Below are positions 7,832-15,653 of a DNA stretch of 64,000 nt, piece by piece (positions within the stretch are counted from its first letter, which is position 1; every line of letters begins with the position of its first letter). Origin of the DNA: an uncultured delta proteobacterium (GTDB lineage: Bacteria > Myxococcota_A > Polyangia > Polyangiales > Polyangiaceae); the NCBI GenBank assembly GCA_963696385.1, contig CAVOKF010000005.1:1-64000 (forward strand), read 5' to 3'. The notes beneath the pieces were generated by a model, which was not told the DNA's origin, ran no database searches, and worked only from the letters and a program-made list of their open reading frames with translations. Both the position numbers and the translations under genes were made by a program.

Positions 7832-9402
7832 GCACCAACGACGATCGCGGCTGGAACCTCTTTCGGCGCGGCAATGGCCAGTGGATCCTCAAGTACAGGA
7901 CCGCCCCCGGCCAGTGGAGCGCGACGCGCGTGCCACGACAACACCGGACCGAGCATGCGGCCGAGCGCTACGCGCGCGATTGGCTTCAAGCATACCGAAA
8001 GCGACTCGCCGAGCTGCCGACCGCTCCAGTCGGCGACGACGTCCGGCCGACGCTGCGCAGCCTCGCCCCGCGTTGGCTCGCTCTCAACGGGCGCAACCCG
8101 AAGCTGTCGCCCGCCATGCGCAAGCAGCATGCGAGCTGCGTGCAGAACCACGTGCTCGCGTACCCCGACGTCGCAGACACGCCCATCGTCGAGCTCGGCC
8201 CCGCGACGTTGCGCGCGTGGCTACGCGAGGTTCGCGATCACGGCAAGGTGACGCCCAAATGGCAGACGCAGGACGGTCAACGCGTTCGCACTCTGGTGCG
8301 GGGCGGAGCGCTCGCCCCCTTCACGTGCCGCAACGTGGTCAATAGCCTGACGGCGTTCTTCGCGGACGCTCTCGCGGAAGAGTGGGTGAACCTTGCCGCA
8401 AACCCGATGAAGCACGAAGCGGTACGACGCGAGGTGCCCGAAGCGGTGACGCTCGCGGGCAAGCACACGATCGTGCACTTCTCGCGGCCCGTGGCCGAGC
8501 GCCTGCTCTCGAGCCCGGCCGTGCCCGAGTGGCGCCGGGTGCGCACGCTGCTCGCCGTGACGAGTGGAATGGCGGAGGGGGAGCTCTCGGGGCTGCGCCT
8601 GGACGACCTCGATCTCGACGCGGCCGTGCCGATTGCACGCATCACCAAGGCGCTGGCACTCGAGGGCGACCGCGGTTGGGCCACGCTTCGCAAGACGAAG
8701 ACGGACAATCGCGTGCGCGTGCTGCCGCTGCACTCGCTCGCGGTGCGTGCGCTACGCGGCTGGAAGGCGGTGGGATGGGCCAAGTGGGTTGGCCGTCTTC
8801 CCCTTCCGCCGGACCCCGTGTTTCCCAATGAGAGCGGAGAGGCGTGGCGCCCGCATACGGCGGAGATGCTCCGCGCCGATCTGCGCGCGGCGGGGTTGCC
8901 CGAGGCGTATCAGGGGCGGCCGTATACTTCGCACGCGACGCGAAGGAGCTTCGCCACGTGGCTCACCGAGGCCGGCGTTCCCGAGGCGACGATCAAGCGG
9001 CTAATGGGTCACGCGAGCGCGGGGGTGACCGCGCAGCACTACACGGCACTGGCGATCTCGACGCTGCAGGCGGCGGTCGAGACCATCCGGCTCGACCTGT
9101 CCGCCGGCGAGGTGATTGCCCTGCCAATGAGGGCCGTCGGGGGGGCCGATCCCGTTCCGAAAGCCGCTGCTCATGGTGCGGATTTTGGTGCGGGTCTTGG
9201 TGCGGGCCGCACCAAGCGGGAGGGCGAATCCCCAATGATCTCGCTAGCACGCCCGGCTGGACTCGAACCAGCGACCCGCGGCTTAGAAGGCCGCTGCTCT
9301 ATCCAGCTGAGCTACGGGCGCGTGAAGGTTTCATTTACCACCACCTTGGCGGGTGTGGACGCGATCCTCAGCGCTAGTGGCCGCATGCCGCGACGCGAAT
9401 GA
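7828..9402 (+). CDS. int: Tyrosine recombinase/integrase; ORF extends antisense through the tRNA
   Basis: KTKT, HATRRSFAT (HxxR), LMGHAS and VTAQHY are present. Box I reads SGMAEGEL, with Ala at the catalytic Arg position. Confidence 0.9.
   Translation: MSTNDDRGWNLFRRGNGQWILKYRTAPGQWSATRVPRQHRTEHAAERYARDWLQAYRKRLAELPTAPVGDDVRPTLRSLAPRWLALNGRNPKLSPAMRKQHASCVQNHVLAYPDVADTPIVELGPATLRAWLREVRDHGKVTPKWQTQDGQRVRTLVRGGALAPFTCRNVVNSLTAFFADALAEEWVNLAANPMKHEAVRREVPEAVTLAGKHTIVHFSRPVAERLLSSPAVPEWRRVRTLLAVTSGMAEGELSGLRLDDLDLDAAVPIARITKALALEGDRGWATLRKTKTDNRVRVLPLHSLAVRALRGWKAVGWAKWVGRLPLPPDPVFPNESGEAWRPHTAEMLRADLRAAGLPEAYQGRPYTSHATRRSFATWLTEAGVPEATIKRLMGHASAGVTAQHYTALAISTLQAAVETIRLDLSAGEVIALPMRAVGGADPVPKAAAHGADFGAGLGAGRTKREGESPMISLARPAGLEPATRGLEGRCSIQLSYGRVKVSFTTTLAGVDAILSASGRMPRRE
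9174..9205. repeat. Three TGGTGCGG octamers at 12-bp period; candidate integrase arm-type binding sites
   Basis: At 9174-9181, 9186-9193 and 9198-9205, about 45-75 bp inside the element from the tRNA 3' end. Confidence 0.55.
9248..9321 (-). tRNA. tRNA-Arg(UCU)
   Basis: GCGCCCGTAGCTCAGCTGGATAGAGCAGCGGCCTTCTAAGCCGCGGGTCGCTGGTTCGAGTCCAGCCGGGCGTG folds as a cloverleaf with anticodon TCT; CCA not encoded (CTA follows). Confidence 0.95.
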
Positions 9403-9808
9403 CGGCGCGGCGAGTCTGGAGCGCGCGATCCGATGGCAGCGCGGCCGAGCGCGAGCAAGTTGTGGTGATGGAGTCGAAAGGTCCAGCGCGGGTGATCGCG
9501 ATGCTGCTTAGCAATCGCCTCGGCGAGAGCGGGGGAGCCGGTGCGTGACGGCGTGCGACGGTACATTACGCGCTAACGCGTTGAGCGGGTCGTCTACCCC
9601 GCGCGCCGTGTACCACCACCGCTCAGTCGTTTTGAAGCGGATCGATTCTTCCGTCGTGGGATTGCGCCATCGGCGTCCTGCCAGCTTCGGCGATGCGCCT
9701 CTTGAGCTCGCCATCGTCGGCGGGTGCGGCCAGCAAAGGCCCAAGGATCTGAAAGCGCAGACGTGCCCATCGCACCCGCGGACGCGGCGCGTTGTGGTCG
9801 TTGGCCAT
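9400..9808 (-). pseudogene. Frameshifted N-terminal fragment of a DDE (rve/Mu-like) transposase
   Basis: Pieces in three frames: RWARLRFQILGPLLAAP...GELK / WRNPTT...TERWWY...DPLNAL / QHRDHPRWTFRLH. Confidence 0.6.
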
Positions 9809-10396
9809 GGCTCTCCGGGCGGCGGCAGGGATCGCCGCACCAGCACGACGCAAGCTACGCCGATGGGAAAAACGCCGGCGGCGCCAACTTCCGCGCGAAC
9901 CGCGCCCTCCGGCGCGGTTACATTATGCTGCGTACAAATCGCGACCCGTCCGGGCAGATCGTGGTGGGTGCCAGCCAGACCAAAGGGTTTGGCGATGGCC
10001 GCCGGTCCGACGCCGAGTCGTTCCAAGAGCGAACTCAGGATCCGTCCAGGCTCGGGGGCCGGCGCCAGGCGCGCGGAGCGAGCTACTAACGGGCTCGTCC
10101 TCTTGAACGGGCCCCGCCACCATCGCAGCCATCATCGTCCACGCAGGCACGCCTGTCTTGCGAACGGCCCTGCCCACGGCGTGGCCGCGAGGGCGACGGC
10201 GCTCGCGAGAACCATCACCGCCCCGACGTACACCCGGCGACCGAGAAACCGGACCGACTGCGTGCGCCGGCCATCGCAATCGCACAAAACGGCGCATTGC
10301 TCACCGGCGAATAGCGATCAGCTGACACGGTGACGTTCTCTTGGAATGTCCCGCCCTCGCCGCCTAGAGAGCGGGAAGGTGACAGAGAGACTCCCC

Positions 10397-11317
10397 ATGC
10401 AGCGCGTACGAGAGATCGTTACAGTAGCCACCCGTCCTATGCCCCTCGGATTCCCCGATGCCATGTCCCGAGCTCTCGACGAGGCGATAGTCGGTCGTAT
10501 GGGGGCGCTTTTCGACTTCCTCGCGCGGGGCTCGCACTTGCCCGGTCCGCGCGCGAACGACGCCCTCGCTGAGTTATTCGCGCTCGCCTGTCGGGCACAC
10601 GGCGGGCGAGCAGACAGCGTTGTCCTCGCGATGGCGCGCCTGTCGGCGGACGAAGCGCCTGGGGCCACGCCCCTCGAATTTCTCCCGGTGTGTGGAGTCC
10701 TGGCCCTCGGCGCGCGCGCCGCATCGGACGAGGCGGCGCGTCGGCGCTTGGTTGCCGAGATGCATACGCACGCCGACGACCTGCGGTATCGAGTGCGTGA
10801 CGCAGTCGTGGACGCGCTCGGGCGTGTCGGAGGCGCGTCGGGCGATATTCTGGTGCACGAAACCGCGACCTGGATGGACGGATACTTTCATGCTGCGGCT
10901 GTCTTGCGCGCGATCGGACGCGAACCGTGGCTGCCCCGAATTCACCGCGCTGCGGGTGCAGTCAGCCGGCTCGCCGACGCATTCGAACTCGCGCGCGCAG
11001 CCCCCCGGGCGGCGGCTCGCTATCCGGGCAGAAAGGCGCTCGTCGAAGCGCTCGGACGCGTCCCGATCGCTGTCGCTCTTCGCTTTGGCGCTCCCGTCTT
11101 CGATCTCTTCGTCCAATGGACAGCCACAGAAGATCCCGAGCTACGCGACGTCGTCTCGGCCATCAGTAGCGACAAGCGGCTCAACTCGCGCTTCGCCATC
11201 GATCTCGCGCGGGTGCGCACCGCTCTAAGGGCTACTCGCGCGCCCCCGCGCAACCCGGATCATGACGTCGGTCCGACACGCGATCGCAGCGGCGCACGGC
11301 GGAGAGGCGGTCGGTGA
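10397..11317 (+). CDS. HEAT/ARM-repeat-like alpha-helical protein
   Basis: HADDLRYRVRDAVVDALGRV and EDPELRDVV repeats. Confidence 0.55.
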   Translation: MQRVREIVTVATRPMPLGFPDAMSRALDEAIVGRMGALFDFLARGSHLPGPRANDALAELFALACRAHGGRADSVVLAMARLSADEAPGATPLEFLPVCGVLALGARAASDEAARRRLVAEMHTHADDLRYRVRDAVVDALGRVGGASGDILVHETATWMDGYFHAAAVLRAIGREPWLPRIHRAAGAVSRLADAFELARAAPRAAARYPGRKALVEALGRVPIAVALRFGAPVFDLFVQWTATEDPELRDVVSAISSDKRLNSRFAIDLARVRTALRATRAPPRNPDHDVGPTRDRSGARRRGGR

Positions 11318-11323
11318 AGTGCT

Positions 11324-13795
11324 TTAGCGGGCCGGCGAGTCGGCGCCCTTTGGCTCACTGACCCGTCTATTGGAGAGAGACACTAGATCTCGGCTCGCCC
11401 GCTCGACCGCGACGCGTCCGTCCTTGGTTGCAACGATCGCGACGTCACCCGCTTTGAGCTCGCCCTCTAAGAGCATCTCGGCGATAGGCGTTTCGACGAA
11501 CCGCGCGATCGCGCGCCGCATCGGGCGCGCGCCGAGCTCCGCGTCGAAACCTCCTTGGTCGAGGAGCGCTGCTACGGCGGTGTCGTTGATGTCGAGGTCC
11601 ACGCCACGCGCGCCCTTGAGGTCCGCGCCAAGTGCGCGCAGCATGCGCCGCGCTACCTCCGCCACGTCCGCCCGGTCGAGGGGGGCGAAGGCGATCACCT
11701 CATCGATTCGGTTGTAGAACTCGGGAGCGAGCGCCGACCGGGCGGCCGCGCAGACGGCTTCCTCATAGGCGCGCACATTCCTCTCTTCAAGCGCGCCGAA
11801 GCCCATGCGACCGCCCGCCGTTTGTCGCGAGAAATCGGCCCCCAAGTTCGAGGTCATCGCAATGACGACGTTCGTGAAGTCGACGATGCGTCCCCTACCG
11901 TCGGTCAAGCGCCCTTCGTCGAAAACTTGAAGAAAGGCCTCCAGGACGTCGCGGTGTGCCTTCTCGATCTCGTCGAGGAGAAGCACCTGATAGGGCCGCC
12001 TGCGCACCACCTCGGTTAGCTGACCGCCCGCTTCGTGCCCCACATAGCCCGGCGGTGCCCCAACCAGGCGCGAGATGGTGTGTGCCTCCGCGTATTCGGA
12101 CAAATCCAGGCGTGTCATCGCATGCGGCGAGTAGAACAGGCACTCGGCGATCGCCTTGGCAGTTTCCGTTTTGCCAACGCCCGTCGGGCCTAGCATGAGA
12201 AACGAGCCAATCGGCCTTTGCGAGTGAAAGCCGCCGGCATTGCGCCGCAATACGCGGGCGATGCGTCCAAGCGCGTGTGCATGGCCGACGATGCGTGTAC
12301 CCATCGACTGCTCGAGGCGCAACATGCGCACGGCATCGGTCTCGAGAAGGCGCTCCAAAGGAACGCCCGTTGTTTCGCTAACGACCTCGGCGATCTGCGC
12401 GCGTGCGACTTCGCGCTCACCACGACGTCGCGCACGTGCTCCTGCGAGGTCAAGAATGCTCACGGCCTTGTCCGGCAACGCCCGGTCAGGAACGTACCTC
12501 GCGCTCCACGATACTGCCGCCGCCATCGCGGTCGGCGCAAAGCGGACCCCGTGGTGCCGCTCAAATGCTGGAGCCACCCGCTCGAGAGCAAGAACCGCCT
12601 CGTCGGGCGCGAGCTCCGACACCTCGATGGCTGTCAGTCGCCGCGCGAGGGCTGGGTCAGCTGCGATCACGCGCTTATAGTGTTCGGGCGTCGTCGCGCC
12701 GATGCACGGCAGGTCGCCTCGAGTGAGCGCGGCTTTGAGTTCGGCGGTCGTCTCCTCGTCGGCCGCAAGAATCGCGTGAATCTCCTCGAAAAATAATACA
12801 ACCCGCCCCTCGAAGCGGGACGCTTCGGTCTTGAGTTGGGCAATCCGCTCGGCGAGAGCGCCGCGCACCCCCGTCCCGGCGAGCAATGTGGCTGCGTCGA
12901 TTTCGATGACGATGCGGTCGTCGAGTGACGCGGCGCCGTTCGCGTCGGCGATGCGTTGGGCAAGTCCGCGAACCACACTCGTTTTGCCGACGCCCGCGGG
13001 ACCGACGAGGCAAGGGCAGTTGCCATGGCGTTTCGCAAGCACGTCGAGCGTACGCTCGATCTCGACCTCACGCCCAACGACGGGATCGAGCTCTCCGCGA
13101 ACCGCCGCCAGCGTCAGATTACGCCCGACAGACGTGAGCATTGGGGCGCTCCTCGATTCGATTTCGAAGCGCGCGACCGGGGTTGGACTCGAACGGGCCG
13201 CCGACAGCGACGGCGATGACGAGCCATGCCGAGGCCGCTTTTGCCGTGATGGGCTGGGAGCGACGGACGCGTGTGAGGCGGATTTCACGGCGGGTTGGGA
13301 GGAAGCGACGTGGCGTCCCCCCGGACGCGGCATCGCACCGGATGCGGAGGGTTGCAGCGAAAGTTGGGTCACGGGCGACATTCGGCGCGGGCCGACAATC
13401 CCCATTGCAAGCTGCATGGTGGCCGTCCGTAGCTTGACGACGTCCGAGCCGCACTGAGAGATCGCGCGAAATGCTGCCGTCGCTCGCTCCTGACAAAGCG
13501 CGAATAGCACGTGAATCGCGCCGGCATCGCGCAGCGGCGATCGGGCTGCGAGTTCTCGCGCCCGTTGAAGCGTGCGTGACATGGCGTCGGCGTGATCGTC
13601 GACGAGGACGCGTGCTGCCTTGAGCAGCACCTCCGAGTCCAGGCGCCGCTCCTTAAGTAGCTCGGCCGCGCTTCCCCCATTTGACGCGATCGCGGCAAGC
13701 AAATGACCCGTAGTTGCGCGCTCGCCGCGTTCCTTGGCCATTTCCTCTGCAAGCCTTCGCAACGAAGCCAGCTCCGATTCTTGCCCGCCGGTCAT
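11324..13795 (-). CDS. ATP-dependent Clp protease ATP-binding subunit (ClpA/ClpC-like, no M-domain)
   Basis: Clp_N domain; LDPVVGRE; GPAGVGKT; LPDKA; GPTGVGKTE; RLVGAPPGYVG; LLDEIEKAH; MGF ClpP-binding loop; GARPMRR. Confidence 0.92.
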   Translation of the reverse strand: MTGGQESELASLRRLAEEMAKERGERATTGHLLAAIASNGGSAAELLKERRLDSEVLLKAARVLVDDHADAMSRTLQRARELAARSPLRDAGAIHVLFALCQERATAAFRAISQCGSDVVKLRTATMQLAMGIVGPRRMSPVTQLSLQPSASGAMPRPGGRHVASSQPAVKSASHASVAPSPSRQKRPRHGSSSPSLSAARSSPTPVARFEIESRSAPMLTSVGRNLTLAAVRGELDPVVGREVEIERTLDVLAKRHGNCPCLVGPAGVGKTSVVRGLAQRIADANGAASLDDRIVIEIDAATLLAGTGVRGALAERIAQLKTEASRFEGRVVLFFEEIHAILAADEETTAELKAALTRGDLPCIGATTPEHYKRVIAADPALARRLTAIEVSELAPDEAVLALERVAPAFERHHGVRFAPTAMAAAVSWSARYVPDRALPDKAVSILDLAGARARRRGEREVARAQIAEVVSETTGVPLERLLETDAVRMLRLEQSMGTRIVGHAHALGRIARVLRRNAGGFHSQRPIGSFLMLGPTGVGKTETAKAIAECLFYSPHAMTRLDLSEYAEAHTISRLVGAPPGYVGHEAGGQLTEVVRRRPYQVLLLDEIEKAHRDVLEAFLQVFDEGRLTDGRGRIVDFTNVVIAMTSNLGADFSRQTAGGRMGFGALEERNVRAYEEAVCAAARSALAPEFYNRIDEVIAFAPLDRADVAEVARRMLRALGADLKGARGVDLDINDTAVAALLDQGGFDAELGARPMRRAIARFVETPIAEMLLEGELKAGDVAIVATKDGRVAVERASRDLVSLSNRRVSEPKGADSPAR

Positions 13796-13843
13796 CGCAC
13801 GACGGCTCGCACGAGCTCCGCACGCGGGCCAAGAAAGCGGCGC

Positions 13844-14536
13844 CTAGGCGTCGACGCGATACCGAGCCATCCGTCGCTCGACACAAGTCAAGGGCCACGT
13901 GTACTGTTCTTCGTGCTCCAGCGTCGCTCTCGGATGGCTCGGCGGCGCATCCTTAGCGAGTAGCACCCAAACATTGCCCCCCGCCGCGACCAGGCTTGTG
14001 CCGAGGTCGAGCCACGCCTCCGCCGGCAGCGTCGCGCGAGAGATGGCGATGTCCCACTCGCGGCGAGAGGACAGCGCTTCGCCGCGCGCCCGCTCGACGC
14101 CGATGTCCCCCCGCCCTACGGCGCCGATAACCGTCCGAAGGAAGCTCGTGCGCTTTGCCAGCGGCTCGATCAGCGTTACCTGCAAGTCGTCGCGCAGCAA
14201 GGCTAGGGCTAGTCCGGGGGCGCCCGCGCCGGTGCCAACGTCGATGACGCGCACACCCTGCGGCAGCATCCCAGCTAGCACTAGTGCGTCCGCTAGCATA
14301 AGGTCGACTAGCTCTTCCGGAGTGCGCGCGGCTGTGAGGTCGATGCGCGCATTCCATTCTCGCAGCCGACGGAGCCACGTCTCGACGGCCGCACGTGCCG
14401 TCGGCGCGGGCGTTGCACGGAGGATGCGGACAGCATTGTCCACGAGCACGGTCCAATTTAGCGTGACGCGCGCTTCATCCGTGCCCGGACTCGACTTCGC
14501 GGGTGCATCGTTAGGTACGCGCTTGGCCGCCACCAA
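13844..14536 (-). CDS. rsmG: 16S rRNA m7G527 methyltransferase
   Basis: WNARIDLTA; DVGTGAGAPG; LIEPLAKRTSFL; ISRA. Confidence 0.88.
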   Translation of the reverse strand: MVAAKRVPNDAPAKSSPGTDEARVTLNWTVLVDNAVRILRATPAPTARAAVETWLRRLREWNARIDLTAARTPEELVDLMLADALVLAGMLPQGVRVIDVGTGAGAPGLALALLRDDLQVTLIEPLAKRTSFLRTVIGAVGRGDIGVERARGEALSSRREWDIAISRATLPAEAWLDLGTSLVAAGGNVWVLLAKDAPPSHPRATLEHEEQYTWPLTCVERRMARYRVDA

Positions 14537-14581
14537 GACGCAATGATACCTCTCGTAGCGGCCCGCCGCGAGCCCGAACGC

Positions 14582-15646
14582 ATGAATGTCGTCCTACCGC
14601 CGCCGCCGCCCCTTCATACGCTCGACTTCACATTACTCGGGCCGCTGGTCGCGTCCGCCTTTCCCGAGAGCGATGGTCGGTTCGGGTGGCAGCCGATGCC
14701 GGGCGGCGCCTCGGCACGAAGATATTTTCGCTTGCGGATCGGCGAGCACACGGCGGTGGCGATGTTCGTGCCGGATGGCGCGCGGCCAGAGGAATTTGCC
14801 AAAGCCAACACCGCGTCGACGCGCTGGCCCTTCCTCGAAGTGCGCGATCTGCTTGCGGCCCACGGAATTGATGTTCCGCTGCTGTACGGCCAGGCGACCG
14901 AGCATGGCTGGGTCCTCCTTGAGGACCTAGGCGATGCCACACTCGCCGGATTCCTTGCGGCACACGAGGATCGCAAAGAGGAGCTCTACCTGCGTGCGGT
15001 GAACGACCTTGCTCGGGCTCAAAGCTCGCTCCTCCGGATGCCGACGGGCTGCGTCGTGGCTTCACGCGCATTTGACGAAGACTTGCTGGTCCGGGAGATA
15101 CACCACTTTCGCGAGTGGGGCGTCGAGGCGCGCGGGATAACACTGTCGGGTGCGGACCGCGCCGACTTCGACAGGATCGCTGTCCGCCTCGCAAAGCGCA
15201 TCGCCTCCTGGCCTCGCGTATTCGTGCACCGCGATTACCAGTCCCGGAATCTGATGGTGCGTCCGACCGGCGCGCTCTGCTGGATCGATTTCCAAGACGC
15301 GCTCCTCGGGCCGCGCATCTACGACTTAGTGGCTTTATTGAACGACAGCTATCAGAATTTCGATAGGGCGTTCGTCGAGGCGCGTCTCGACGATTACGCG
15401 CGCGTTGCGGCTCTTGAGGCCGGGGAGCGCGCGACTCTAGGCCGCGAATTTGATTTCGCGACTGTGCAGCGCAAGCTCAAGGATGCAGGCCGCTTCGTCT
15501 ACATCGAACGGGTCAAAGGCAATGCGTCGTTCTTGAGGTTCGTCGAGCCGACAATCGCAAGGGTGCGGTCGAGTTTGGCGCGGCTCGCTGAAGACGAAGA
15601 CATGCGCGCGCTCTCCCAATTGCTCGGGCGTGTGCTGCCAGGGTGA
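14582..15646 (+). CDS. APH-family phosphotransferase, AmgK-like anomeric sugar kinase
   Basis: GGASARRYFR; LLEDLGD; HRDYQSRNLM; IDFQDA..GP..YDL; QRKLKDAGRF. Confidence 0.8.
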   Translation: MNVVLPPPPPLHTLDFTLLGPLVASAFPESDGRFGWQPMPGGASARRYFRLRIGEHTAVAMFVPDGARPEEFAKANTASTRWPFLEVRDLLAAHGIDVPLLYGQATEHGWVLLEDLGDATLAGFLAAHEDRKEELYLRAVNDLARAQSSLLRMPTGCVVASRAFDEDLLVREIHHFREWGVEARGITLSGADRADFDRIAVRLAKRIASWPRVFVHRDYQSRNLMVRPTGALCWIDFQDALLGPRIYDLVALLNDSYQNFDRAFVEARLDDYARVAALEAGERATLGREFDFATVQRKLKDAGRFVYIERVKGNASFLRFVEPTIARVRSSLARLAEDEDMRALSQLLGRVLPG

Positions 15647-15653
15647 GTGGATC

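Larger units (their letters stand above)
1..9290 (+). mobile_element. Right part of an integrative (ICE/IME- or satellite-like) element inserted at the 3' end of tRNA-Arg(UCU); left boundary lies outside the window
   Basis: Co-oriented, often ATGA-coupled run of mobile-element genes (VirB1-like, Toprim/DUF3991, DUF2840-like, DUF3987, HTH excisionase, tyrosine integrase) ending at a tRNA 3' end. No second copy of the tRNA 3' end seen in the window. Confidence 0.8.
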
